Origin: Vulcanimicrobiota bacterium
GTDB lineage: Bacteria > Vulcanimicrobiota > Vulcanimicrobiia > Vulcanimicrobiales > Vulcanimicrobiaceae
Assembly (NCBI GenBank): GCA_963812155.1
Contig: CAWETW010000003.1
Span: 768,001-832,000, forward strand
Direction: 5' to 3'
Length of the DNA: 64,000 nt
Of the stretch, positions 49,410 through 58,691 are shown piece by piece (positions within the stretch are counted from its first letter, which is position 1; each line of letters begins with the position of its first letter). Under the pieces are notes generated by a model. The model did no database searches and was not told where the DNA came from. It worked only from the letters and a program-made list of their open reading frames with translations. A program made the translations under genes and the position numbers.

Positions 49410-50023
49410 GAGCGCGTCTCCTGCGTGACGGCCGGCCGGCGCAACTCGTAGCCGGCGTGGCGATTGAAGGCGATTGCACTGGGTATGGCGCCGTCGACGT
49501 AGACGTCGAAGCAGCGATCGACGAGGTCTTCGGGTCGGTCGCCGGTGATGAGAATCGAGCCGGTGTCTTTCTTGACGAGCTTCGCGATCGGAACGAACTG
49601 ATCGCTAATGCCGCCGGAGTGCGTGAGCACGCCGATCAGTTTCCCTTCATCGTACGCGATGCAGAACTCGCCGAGCGTACCGCTGCGTCCGCCGACGAAA
49701 ACGACGAAATCGGAACTGTGAATGTTGTGCGTTTCGCGACCCATCAAGCCCGATCCGGTGAAGACCATCGTGGTGTAGGGCTGGAGCGGCGACCCGTACA
49801 CGTTGACGTGCTCTTCGCGCGAAAGCGCCGGCGAGATGCCGAGGCTGGGGCCGCCGGCCTCCGTCGCACCGAGAACCGCTGCGTGCGGCAGGCCCGGGCA
49901 CGCGCCCGTGACGATGGTGCAGCCGCGCTCGGCGATCCGCCGGCCGACGCGGCGAGCGAGCGCGAGTTCCGGTTCGGTAATTCTGCCGCCCGCCGAGCCC
50001 ATGACGCCGATTTGGACCTTCAT
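49406..50023 (-). CDS. LOG/SLOG family Rossmann-like protein
   Basis: IGVMGSA, VTGACPG, TGSGLMGRE, GGRSGTLGEF. Confidence 0.75.
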   Translation of the reverse strand: MKVQIGVMGSAGGRITEPELALARRVGRRIAERGCTIVTGACPGLPHAAVLGATEAGGPSLGISPALSREEHVNVYGSPLQPYTTMVFTGSGLMGRETHNIHSSDFVVFVGGRSGTLGEFCIAYDEGKLIGVLTHSGGISDQFVPIAKLVKKDTGSILITGDRPEDLVDRCFDVYVDGAIPSAIAFNRHAGYELRRPAVTQETRS

Positions 50024-50046
50024 GCGCCGAACGATGCGTTACCACG

Positions 50047-50814
50047 ATGAACGGCACCTACCGCGAACTGGAAGAACGATGGAAGGGTCTACGCGGTCGC
50101 ACGGGAGTGCGCGTGCGCGAAGTTGCCTGCGTCGGTGCGCCGCGTACGCTCCTCTGCGCCGAGCTGGGCGATTACGACAAACACGCGGTCACCATTGCTG
50201 CGGGAGTGCATGGTGACGAACCCGCCGGGCCGTGGGCGCTGCTGGAAATCGTCGAGTCGCAACGTCTGGACCCGGCGTTTGCATACCGGCTGTGGCCGTG
50301 CACGAATCCTACGGGGTTCGATGCCGGGACGCGCGAGAGCGCCGGCGGCGCCGACGTCAACCGTACGTTCGGCCGCGGCGGTCAATCGCCCGAAGCGCGT
50401 GCGATCGTCACCGCGAATCGCGATCGCAAGTTCGTGCTTTCGCTCGATCTGCACGAAGACGAGGATGCCGAGGGATTCTATTGCTACGAGTACGGCGGGG
50501 GCGACGTCGGGCTTGCGGCGATTGCGGCACTCGACGCTGCAGGCCTTCCAGTTGACCCGCTCGAGGCTACGTTCGAAACCGCGGGTCCGCTCGACGATAC
50601 GTATTGCACGCGCGAGCGCGGCCGCATCATCGCCGATCACAGAACCGAAGCCGCCATGCTGGGCGGCCTGTCGTTTTCGCTTGCGATGGTGCGTAACGCC
50701 GCGCGCCACGCGCTCACGTTCGAAACGCCGGCGCGCGCATCGTGGGATACGCGAATCGCGATGCACGCAGTCGCGATCCGGGCAGCCGTTGCGACGTTCC
50801 ACGGCCGCTTGTAG
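50047..50814 (+). CDS. M14 / succinylglutamate desuccinylase-aspartoacylase family metallohydrolase
   Basis: AGVHGDEPAG, NPTGF, DVNRTF, DLHED, TFETP. Confidence 0.82.
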   Translation: MNGTYRELEERWKGLRGRTGVRVREVACVGAPRTLLCAELGDYDKHAVTIAAGVHGDEPAGPWALLEIVESQRLDPAFAYRLWPCTNPTGFDAGTRESAGGADVNRTFGRGGQSPEARAIVTANRDRKFVLSLDLHEDEDAEGFYCYEYGGGDVGLAAIAALDAAGLPVDPLEATFETAGPLDDTYCTRERGRIIADHRTEAAMLGGLSFSLAMVRNAARHALTFETPARASWDTRIAMHAVAIRAAVATFHGRL

Positions 50815-50817
50815 TGG

Positions 50818-51282
50818 CTATGGCCCGCCGTCTTCGAGCAGGGTTTCGATGTCGCGCAAATCGTGAGGCCTACCGCTTGCGGTCTTGTTTGCGACGTAGT
50901 CGTCGCGCGAGATGATGTTCACGGCGACGCCTGCGTATTCGGCGTGTACTCTGCGCGACCAGGCACCGCCGAATGCGACGCCCGATATTCCCGCGAGGAT
51001 GTCGATTCTCAATGGCTCGACGCCGATTTGAAAAACCGTGTCTTCATCGCCGAAGTCTTCGACGCTGACGTTTCCGAGCGGTGCGCCGAACGTCGCTAAA
51101 GCCCGGAAGACGCGCGCCGGATTGTCACCGGCCGGATCCACCCAAATGTCGAGATCCTTCGTGTAGCGTGGCCGGCCGAAATATGCCAATGCGAACGCGC
51201 CGACGATGAGGTATCTAACGCGCTCTTCGTTGAAGAGCGACAACAGTTCTTTGAAGTCGCCGCTGGTCCTCAGGGATTCCAT
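50818..51282 (-). CDS. Minimal nucleotidyltransferase (Pol-beta superfamily)
   Basis: YLIVGAFAL...PRYTKDLD, RIDIL, NKTASGRPHD. Confidence 0.82.
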   Translation of the reverse strand: MESLRTSGDFKELLSLFNEERVRYLIVGAFALAYFGRPRYTKDLDIWVDPAGDNPARVFRALATFGAPLGNVSVEDFGDEDTVFQIGVEPLRIDILAGISGVAFGGAWSRRVHAEYAGVAVNIISRDDYVANKTASGRPHDLRDIETLLEDGGP

Positions 51283-51430
51283 GCGCGTCCATCCAAACGA
51301 GAGTGAGCTCCCACAGCATCGCAAATTTTTGGGCCGACGTCATTTCGCGCCACCCTTCGCGATCGGCTCGATCGGCATCGCCGCGTGATACCTTCCGCAA
51401 CGTTATCTTACGATCCGTATTGCCGCTCAT
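51215..51430 (-). CDS. Small hypothetical protein overlapping the nucleotidyltransferase start
   Basis: 71-aa ORF (DREGWREMT...RLQRTVV) with a plausible ATG; overlaps the downstream gene by 68 nt. Confidence 0.6.
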   Translation of the reverse strand: MSGNTDRKITLRKVSRGDADRADREGWREMTSAQKFAMLWELTLVWMDAHGIPEDQRRLQRTVVALQRRAR

Positions 51431-51501
51431 TTTCTGCCACGTCGCTCATAAGCGTATTTCAGCGCGTACCGGCATTCTCCGCTATTACAGAAGACACGGC
51501 A

Positions 51502-51518
51502 CTCCGCTCGGGATGACA
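51502..51518 (-). repeat. Partial REP-like element (TGTCATCCCGAGCGGAG on the minus strand)
   Basis: Matches the 5' end of the 36280..36330 element. Confidence 0.55.
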
Positions 51519-51574
51519 CGAGAGCCGCGCTTGTAGAATGACAGGGATTGCGTCGCGAAGAATGAGGGGCGACG

Positions 51575-53227
51575 ATGGCTGAACGCGATCAACTCGAAGT
51601 CGACGTGCTGTTCGTGGGCGCCGGCCCGGCGAGCCTCGCCGGAGCGTTACGTCTGGGCCAATTGGCGAAGGCAAGCGGTCGTGAGCTCGAAATTCTCGTC
51701 ATCGAAAAGGGTGGCGAAGTAGGCAATCACGGGATCTCGGGCGCCGTGATGGATCCGCGCGCGCTTGACGAGTTGCTGCCGGATTGGCGCGACGGCGCGC
51801 CGGTCGAATCGCCCGTGACGACCGATGAATTATGGTTTCTTACGCGCGGCGGCCGCATCAAGGCGCCGGTCACGCCGCCACCGCTGCGCAACCACGGCAA
51901 ATACGTTGCGTCGTTGCAAAAAATCACGAAGTGGCTCGGTGAGAAGGCCGAAGAATCCGGCGCGCAAGTTTTTCCCGCGTTTCCCGGACAGGAACTCTTG
52001 TGGGACGGCGACCGCGTCGTAGGCGTGCGCACCGGCGACAAGGGACTCGATCACGACGGCAAACCGAAATCGAACTACGAACCGGGTGCGGATATTCTTG
52101 CGAAAGTCGTCGTGCTCGGCGAAGGCCCGCGCGGTACGCTGGCCAAGCAGGCGATCGCGCGACTTCGGCTCGACGAAGGCCGAGAGCCGCAGGTCTACGC
52201 GGCCGGCGTCAAAGAGTTGTGGCAGCTTCCCGACGACCGTTTCAAAGCGGGCGCGGTCGTACACACGCTCGGCTATCCGTTGCCTCCCGAAACGTTCGGC
52301 GGCGGCTTCATCTACGGCATGGCCGGCAACGTCCTCGATATCGGACACGTCACCGGACTCGACTACAAGAATCCGACGACCGATCCGCACAACGAACTGC
52401 AGCGCATGAAGCAGCATCCGGCGATCGCGAAAATGCTCGAGGGCGCTACGCTCGTCCGTTACGGTGCAAAGGCGATTCCCGAAGGCGGATTATTCGCGAT
52501 GCCGCGGCTCTACGCCGACGGATTGTTGCTCGTCGGAGATTCGGGCGGCTTCCTCAACGGCATGCGCCTCAAGGGCATTCACCTCGGAATGAAGTCGGGA
52601 ATGATGGCCGCCGAGACGATTTGGGATGCGCTGCAAGCCGGCGCATTCGACGCGCAGACGCTCTCGGCGTTCGAGCGGCGTTTCAAGGAATCGTGGGCGT
52701 TCGGGGAGATGCGCTCGTCGCGCAACTTCCACCAGGGCTTCAAAAACGGACTATGGCCGGGGATGATCAACGCCGGCCTTGCCACGTTCACGGGCGGCCG
52801 GGGATTCGGCGTTTCGGACAAGCTTCCGGGCGAGCCCGGTTACGAGGTCATGGTCAAGGCGGGCTATCGTCCCAAGGAAACGCCGCGCGCGCAAATCGAC
52901 AACGTGCTCACGTTCGACAAACTGACCGACGTGTACAACAGCGGTACGATGCACGAAGAGAATCAGCCGAGCCATCTCATCGTTTCGGACACGACGATTT
53001 GCCGCGATCGCTGCACCGTCGAATACGGCAACCCGTGCCAATATTTTTGTCCGGCCGCCGTGTACGAGCCGCTGTTCGAAAAGAACGACGGCACGGTCGA
53101 GGGACGTTTGCAGATCAACTTTACGAACTGCGTGCACTGTAAGACCTGCGATATCATCGATCCGTATCAAATCATCACGTGGGTGCCGCCGCAGGGCGGT
53201 GAGGGTCCCGTCTACACCGGAATGTGA
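51575..53227 (+). CDS. Electron transfer flavoprotein-ubiquinone oxidoreductase
   Basis: VGAGPAS, IPEGG, KGIHLGMKSG, C-terminal CPAAVYE...NCVHCKTCDI Fe-S motif. Confidence 0.93.
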   Translation: MAERDQLEVDVLFVGAGPASLAGALRLGQLAKASGRELEILVIEKGGEVGNHGISGAVMDPRALDELLPDWRDGAPVESPVTTDELWFLTRGGRIKAPVTPPPLRNHGKYVASLQKITKWLGEKAEESGAQVFPAFPGQELLWDGDRVVGVRTGDKGLDHDGKPKSNYEPGADILAKVVVLGEGPRGTLAKQAIARLRLDEGREPQVYAAGVKELWQLPDDRFKAGAVVHTLGYPLPPETFGGGFIYGMAGNVLDIGHVTGLDYKNPTTDPHNELQRMKQHPAIAKMLEGATLVRYGAKAIPEGGLFAMPRLYADGLLLVGDSGGFLNGMRLKGIHLGMKSGMMAAETIWDALQAGAFDAQTLSAFERRFKESWAFGEMRSSRNFHQGFKNGLWPGMINAGLATFTGGRGFGVSDKLPGEPGYEVMVKAGYRPKETPRAQIDNVLTFDKLTDVYNSGTMHEENQPSHLIVSDTTICRDRCTVEYGNPCQYFCPAAVYEPLFEKNDGTVEGRLQINFTNCVHCKTCDIIDPYQIITWVPPQGGEGPVYTGM

Positions 53228-54384
53228 TTCGTAATTCTTTGCTGCCCGACGTCGCGATTGCCGGCGCCGGCCTCATCGGCCTGTCGATTGCGTTCGAACT
53301 GGCGGAACGCGGCGCGGTCGTGCGCGTCTACGATCGCGCCGCACCGGCCCGCGCCGCATCCTGGGCCGGGGCCGGGATGCTCGCTCCGTACACGGAGAGC
53401 GCCCGCGACGAAACGCTGCTCGGCCTTTGCGCGGCGTCGTTGCGCGAATATCCGTCGTTCGTCGAACGCGTGCGTGCGGCGAGCGGCGTCGACCCGCACC
53501 TGCGCCTCGACGGCATCGTGCACGCCGCGTTCGGCGCCGAACAAGCCGCTGCGTTGGAGCGCCGCGCTGCCGAACTTCGCGCACGGGGCGTCGCGTGCGA
53601 GCGGCTCGACCGAACGCAGACGCTCTCGCGAGAACCGTGGCTCGGCGGGCACGTTTCCGGCGCGTTGCTCGTGAGCGGCGAAGGACACGTCGACAACCGC
53701 CGGCTCGGCCGTGCGCTGATCGCCGCCTGCCGCGAACGCGGAGTGGCCGTCGATACAGTCGGTACGGTCGCAGTCGAGTGCGACGCGCGGCGCGTGCTCG
53801 GCATGCGTACCGACGTCGGCTTCACGCCGGCGGGCGCGGTCGTCAACGCGGCGGGCGCCTGGGCCGGGCAACTGCACGGTCTGCCCGCGGAGGTGTTGCC
53901 GGCCATCGAACCGCGCAAAGGCCAAATGCTCGCGCTGCAGGTGCCGGCGCGCTTCGTGCGGAGCGCAACGTGGCTGCCGGGAGCCTACGTCGTGCCGCGC
54001 GAGGACGGACGCCTGCTCGTGGGTGCCACCGACGAGCGTGCCGGATTCGACGAACGCGTGACCGCGGCGGGAATGCGGACGATCCTCGATGCGGCGTTGA
54101 ATGCCGCACCTGCGCTGGCGGGCTTTAGCATCGTCGAAACGTGGGCGGGATTGCGTCCGGGAACTGCCGACGGACGCCCGTTTATCGGCGCTACGGCGCT
54201 TGCGGGACTCTTCGTTGCGGCCGGCCACTATCGTAACGGGATTTTGCTCGCACCGGCGACCGCCCGTTTGGTGTGCGACGCCGTCGGCGGGCTCGAGGAC
54301 TGCCAACTCGATGCGTTTTCGCTCGGTCGCGGAAAGGGCACGCCGCGCGACGTGGAATCGGCGCTGCCTAGCGCGAAGGCGTAA
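53224..54384 (+). CDS. thiO: Glycine oxidase
   Basis: GAGLIGL, ASWAGAGML, WAGLRP, GHYRNGILL; upstream of thiS/thiG. Confidence 0.9.
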   Translation: MIRNSLLPDVAIAGAGLIGLSIAFELAERGAVVRVYDRAAPARAASWAGAGMLAPYTESARDETLLGLCAASLREYPSFVERVRAASGVDPHLRLDGIVHAAFGAEQAAALERRAAELRARGVACERLDRTQTLSREPWLGGHVSGALLVSGEGHVDNRRLGRALIAACRERGVAVDTVGTVAVECDARRVLGMRTDVGFTPAGAVVNAAGAWAGQLHGLPAEVLPAIEPRKGQMLALQVPARFVRSATWLPGAYVVPREDGRLLVGATDERAGFDERVTAAGMRTILDAALNAAPALAGFSIVETWAGLRPGTADGRPFIGATALAGLFVAAGHYRNGILLAPATARLVCDAVGGLEDCQLDAFSLGRGKGTPRDVESALPSAKA

Positions 54385-54410
54385 CGCACCACGATGAAGG
54401 CATCCATTCG

Positions 54411-54611
54411 ATGAAAGCGACGATCAACGGCGAAGCGCGCGACCTTCCCGACGGACTGACGGTCGCTATGCTGCTCGAGATGTTGGGTACGGCACGCACC
54501 GGCGTTGCGGTCGCGCACAACGATTGCGTCGTCCGGCGCAGCCAGTACGATGCGGTGCGCATCGGCGACGGCGATCGCGTCGAGATCATCAAGGCGGTCG
54601 CGGGTGGTTAA
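54411..54611 (+). CDS. thiS: Sulfur carrier protein
   Basis: 66 aa ending [13 protein letters not shown]. Confidence 0.92.
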   Translation: MKATINGEARDLPDGLTVAMLLEMLGTARTGVAVAHNDCVVRRSQYDAVRIGDGDRVEIIKAVAGG

Positions 54612-55389
54612 CGCAGGAGATACGCTTCGCATCGGCCGCTACGAGCTCGCGTCGCGTCTGATCGTGGGAACCGGCAAATACCCGTCCATGGAGATCATGC
54701 GCGCCGCGCACGCCGCGAGCGGGGCGCAGATGGTGACGGTCGCCATCCGCCGCATCAATCTCGACGATCCAACCGGCAAGACGATGCTCGACTACATCGA
54801 TCGAGAGCGCTTCCTCATTCTTCCGAACACCGCCGGCTGCTATACGGCCAAGGATGCCGTGCTTACGGCGCGGCTGGCGCGCGAACTGCTGGAAACCGAC
54901 CTGATAAAACTCGAGGTGATCGGCGACGCACAGACGCTGCATCCGGACGCACGCGAAACCCTGGCTGCTGCGGAAGAGCTGGTAGCCGACGGATTCACCG
55001 TGCTGCCCTACGTCGGCGACGATCCGATTGCGTGCAAGCAGCTCGAAGCGCTGGGTTGCGCGGCGGTGATGCCATTGGCGGCGCCCATTGGCAGCGGTCT
55101 GGGCATTTGCAACCGCTATTCGATCGCTATCATCAAAGAGCGCGCGACCGTCCCGGTGATCGTCGATGCCGGCGTCGGCATCGCATCGGACGCCGCGATT
55201 GCCATGGAGCTCGGCGTGGACGGCCTTTTGATGAATACGGGCATCGCCGCGGCGCGCGATCCGGTGCTGATGGCCGAAGCGATGAAGTTCGCGGTGCTCG
55301 CCGGACGCCGGGCGTATCTGGCGGGACGGATGCAGAAGCGGCTCTATGCGAACGCATCGAGCCCGGTAGAAGATCTGATCGGCTCGTGA
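54604..55389 (+). CDS. thiG: Thiazole synthase
   Basis: [37 protein letters not shown]. Confidence 0.95.
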   Translation: MVNAGDTLRIGRYELASRLIVGTGKYPSMEIMRAAHAASGAQMVTVAIRRINLDDPTGKTMLDYIDRERFLILPNTAGCYTAKDAVLTARLARELLETDLIKLEVIGDAQTLHPDARETLAAAEELVADGFTVLPYVGDDPIACKQLEALGCAAVMPLAAPIGSGLGICNRYSIAIIKERATVPVIVDAGVGIASDAAIAMELGVDGLLMNTGIAAARDPVLMAEAMKFAVLAGRRAYLAGRMQKRLYANASSPVEDLIGS

Positions 55390-55712
55390 CCGGCTTTGGC
55401 ACGCTGACGCCGGAGGAGTTGCGCGCGTGGCGTGACGAGGGCCGCGAGTATGCGCTTCTCGACGTGCGAACTCCCGGCGAGTGCGAGCTCGCCGCCCTGC
55501 ATCCATCCATCAGAATTCCGATGAACGAAATTCCGGAGCGCCTTGGCGAGATTCCCGACCAGATGCCGGTCGTCGTGCTCTGCCACTTAGGCGAACGCAG
55601 CGCTCACGTTGCCGCCTTCCTCGCCGCCAATGGTTTTCCGGACGTCTACAATCTTGGTGGCGGGATCGACGCGTACGCGAGCCGCGTCGATCGCAGCATC
55701 GCCCGCTACTAG
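55386..55712 (+). CDS. Rhodanese-like sulfurtransferase
   Basis: [25 protein letters not shown]. Confidence 0.88.
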   Translation: MTGFGTLTPEELRAWRDEGREYALLDVRTPGECELAALHPSIRIPMNEIPERLGEIPDQMPVVVLCHLGERSAHVAAFLAANGFPDVYNLGGGIDAYASRVDRSIARY

Positions 55713-55716
55713 CACG

Positions 55717-56313
55717 CTACAGGCGGCGGGCGATGACGAACCAATGCACGGCATCGGCGAGCGCGCGCCGGCGATGGGCCCACGATCCGGCAACCGAGTC
55801 GACGCCGTTTTGATCGAGCGCCTCGACGTCGTAGCGGGGCTGTAGCAGCGACTCGAGTTCGGTCCGCGTGAAGTACGAGTGAGCGACGCCGCGCTCGTCG
55901 CCGTCGAGCGGGGCGAAGGTCGCGGCTGCGATCCGGCGTCCGGTTCCAAAGCGGGCGTCTCGAACCGAACCGAACGTGGCGTGGAGCAGACCATCGGGCG
56001 CCAGCCGGTCGCCGATTCGCGAGATTCGCGCGGTAATCGCCGCGACCGTTCCGTGGAGCAGACCGTGCGTGCTGACGGCTGCCGCGAACGTGCCGATGGC
56101 CGGCGATAACGCTTCGGCGGAATCGGCATCGGCATCGGAAATTTCGACGACGTCGAATCCTGCCGCGCGCAACGCGGCGGCGTTGCGGCCGCTTCCGCTG
56201 CAAAAATCGAGGACGCGCGTAGCGGGGTGCGCGCGCAGCCGTTCGGCGAGCAGCGATGCCAGCGGATGCGGCGGTGCAATGGGGCGAGGGTCGAGCGGCG
56301 AAGAGGGCGTCAT
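55717..56313 (-). CDS. Class I SAM-dependent methyltransferase-like protein
   Basis: VLDFCSGSGRN (motif I), LAPDGLL. Confidence 0.7.
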   Translation of the reverse strand: MTPSSPLDPRPIAPPHPLASLLAERLRAHPATRVLDFCSGSGRNAAALRAAGFDVVEISDADADSAEALSPAIGTFAAAVSTHGLLHGTVAAITARISRIGDRLAPDGLLHATFGSVRDARFGTGRRIAAATFAPLDGDERGVAHSYFTRTELESLLQPRYDVEALDQNGVDSVAGSWAHRRRALADAVHWFVIARRL

Positions 56314-58216
56314 GGGGTCCGAGACGCTCATTATCGTCGTCGGTGGCGACTACCTCGCGTACGAAATTTGCAAGGAGATCCTCAAAACGGCGGGTCACGC
56401 CGTCGTGCTCGTTTGGAAGCACGCCGACGAGCGCGCCGCGCGACTCTTGAATCAAGAGGCCGGCGTGCTCGCACAGCAGTTCGGGCCGGCCTTCACGTTC
56501 CTCAACGACGATCCGGTCGATCCGGCGGCGTTGCAGCGGGCCGGGCTCCATCCATCGAGCGAAAGCGGCACGAAAAACTATTGTCTCGTCGCCGTCTCGC
56601 AAGACGACCGGCTCAATCTCCGCGTCGCGTTGCTCGCGCGCGATATCAACGAACACGTCCGGATTACGCTGCGACAGTTCAATCCGGTCCTCGGCCACAA
56701 AATCCAAGAAGGATTGCGCTACAACTGCACCGCGATTTCGCCGGCCGCGCACGCGGCGGCGACGTATGCGGCGTCGGCGGTCGATCCGTCGTGTTTCTAC
56801 GCACTGCGCTTTCCTACGCTCGAAACGGCGGACGAACGCATCGCTCGCCGGCGCTCGTCGTCGGAGTCGGAGACGGGAGAAGATTCTCCGCTCTTCGGAT
56901 TTTCCGAACGCAGCGCGGAATTTTTCGGCATCGCCGGCCTCAGCGTCGAGGAGGCCGAGCGCCGGCGCGGAGTGCGCATCGTTTCGGTCAACGGGCGGCC
57001 GCCGTATCTCTGTACCGGAAGCGAATCGCAATCCGACGGCCCGGCGGCCGGCGACGCGTTGTCGGAGGACGACCGCGTCGTCGCGTTCGGACCGGTCTCT
57101 TCGTTGCGCGATGCCGTTACCGGCGAGCCGGTGTTGCGCGCCAGCCGCTGGGAGGGCGTCAACGCGCAGTGGCGCGACGCCTGGTCGAGCGTTCGCCGAA
57201 CGGAACCGGTTCTTCGCACGGCGGCGCTGATCGGGGCGATCGCCTACGTCCTTTTCGTCGCGTTCTTCGCAACGGTGACGCACTGGAATATCGCCTCGGC
57301 CATGTACTACGTCGTGACGACCATGGAAGGATCGCCCAACACGCTGCTGTGCGCCGACTGCGGGGGCGCGCCGGCGCTGACGCCGTGGCAACTGTGGGAG
57401 ATGATCGGCGAGGTGGTCGCCACGCTGGTCGGAATCGTGCTGGTGGCGATCTTCACGGCGTCGCTGACGTCGGGGTTATACGCGGCGGCGATCCGGCGCA
57501 CGCAAGGACTTCGGCGCATTCATCGCACCGGGCACGTCATCGTCTGCGGGGCGGGAAACGTCGGAAGCCTCGTCATCGATTACCTGCGGCAACTGGGCGA
57601 ACGCGTCGTCGTCGTGGAGAAGGCGCCGGATAGCCTGCTCGTGGAGCTGGCTCGCGATCGGAAGATCGATCTGCTGACCGGCGACGCTACCAACGACGAG
57701 ACGATCGCCTTTTGTTCGCCCGAACGCGCCAAGAGTCTCGTCGGAGTCACCAACAGCGACACGGCAAACCTTGAAACGGCGCTCGGAGCGCGCTCGTACG
57801 CGCGGGCGAACTCGCAGGTGCCGCTGCACGTCGTGCTGCGAATCGACGACTTGCGCTTCGGCCAATCGATCAAACGGCACTTCGGCATCTCGTCGTTTTC
57901 CACGACGGAACTCACCGCCGCGACGATCGCCGGACTGGCGCGCTTCGAGAGCACCCGCGGGCGCTTCGATTTGTACGCCGATACGGGACAATCGCAATCG
58001 TTCCAACTCGCCGAACGCGTGCAGGGTCCCGAGAACGCGCCGCCTCCCGCTCCGCCGGAGCGGCCGGGGTATCGCGTGCGCTGGATCCCGCTGTACGTGT
58101 GGCGCGAGAGCGCGGCCGGCAGGGGAGAAGCAATACCGATACACAACTTCGAGGGCGAGGTCCGCAGCGGCGACCGGCTACTGTTTATGGTGCCGCTGGA
58201 TCAGTTTTCGCACTAA
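56312..58216 (+). CDS. TrkA/RCK-domain potassium channel-like protein (RCK - TM/pore - RCK)
   Basis: N-terminal IIVVGG and DDRLNLRVALLAR; two transmembrane segments; C-terminal HVIVCGAGNVG, GDAT, DTANLE. Confidence 0.75.
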   Translation: MGSETLIIVVGGDYLAYEICKEILKTAGHAVVLVWKHADERAARLLNQEAGVLAQQFGPAFTFLNDDPVDPAALQRAGLHPSSESGTKNYCLVAVSQDDRLNLRVALLARDINEHVRITLRQFNPVLGHKIQEGLRYNCTAISPAAHAAATYAASAVDPSCFYALRFPTLETADERIARRRSSSESETGEDSPLFGFSERSAEFFGIAGLSVEEAERRRGVRIVSVNGRPPYLCTGSESQSDGPAAGDALSEDDRVVAFGPVSSLRDAVTGEPVLRASRWEGVNAQWRDAWSSVRRTEPVLRTAALIGAIAYVLFVAFFATVTHWNIASAMYYVVTTMEGSPNTLLCADCGGAPALTPWQLWEMIGEVVATLVGIVLVAIFTASLTSGLYAAAIRRTQGLRRIHRTGHVIVCGAGNVGSLVIDYLRQLGERVVVVEKAPDSLLVELARDRKIDLLTGDATNDETIAFCSPERAKSLVGVTNSDTANLETALGARSYARANSQVPLHVVLRIDDLRFGQSIKRHFGISSFSTTELTAATIAGLARFESTRGRFDLYADTGQSQSFQLAERVQGPENAPPPAPPERPGYRVRWIPLYVWRESAAGRGEAIPIHNFEGEVRSGDRLLFMVPLDQFSH

Positions 58217-58238
58217 CAGCAATCGCGGAGGATGTAGA

Positions 58239-58691
58239 GTGCTCGGTGTAGGCGACCGGCTGCCGGAAATCCGGCTGCGCGACGACGTGGGGAACGACGT
58301 TTCGACCAGCGATCTGCTCGGCGGCCCCCTCGTACTGTATTTTTATCCGAAAGACGACACCCCGGGCTGCACCAGCGAAGCATCGCAGTTCCGCGACCTC
58401 TATCCGCAGTTTCAGAAGAAGCAGGCGCGGATCGTCGGCGTCAGCCGGGACAACCCCGAATCGCACCGCAAGTTCAAACAGAAGTATTCGATTCCGTTCA
58501 TGCTGCTGGCCGATACCGATTCGAAACTGTGCGACGCGTTCGGTGTGATCGTCGAAAAGACGATGTACGGGAAGAAGCAGAAGGGGATCGCGCGCTCGAC
58601 GTTCCTGATCGACGACTCGGGCAAGATCGTCAAGGTCTGGCCGAAGGTCAACGTCGACGAACACGCCGACGAGGTGCTTTCATCGCTCTAA
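58239..58691 (+). CDS. bcp: Thiol peroxidase Bcp/PrxQ
   Basis: LYFYPKDDTPGCT, RSTFLID. Confidence 0.92.
   Translation: MLGVGDRLPEIRLRDDVGNDVSTSDLLGGPLVLYFYPKDDTPGCTSEASQFRDLYPQFQKKQARIVGVSRDNPESHRKFKQKYSIPFMLLADTDSKLCDAFGVIVEKTMYGKKQKGIARSTFLIDDSGKIVKVWPKVNVDEHADEVLSSL

Noticed and set aside
48036..50023. SLOG + beta-CASP nuclease as an anti-phage defence pair
   Set aside because: Both look like ordinary housekeeping family members in a same-strand run with threonine aldolase, with no defence-island context.
53150..53260. TPP riboswitch upstream of thiO-thiS-thiG
   Set aside because: thiO overlaps the ETF-QO stop codon, so there is no leader, and I saw no CTGAGA core motif.
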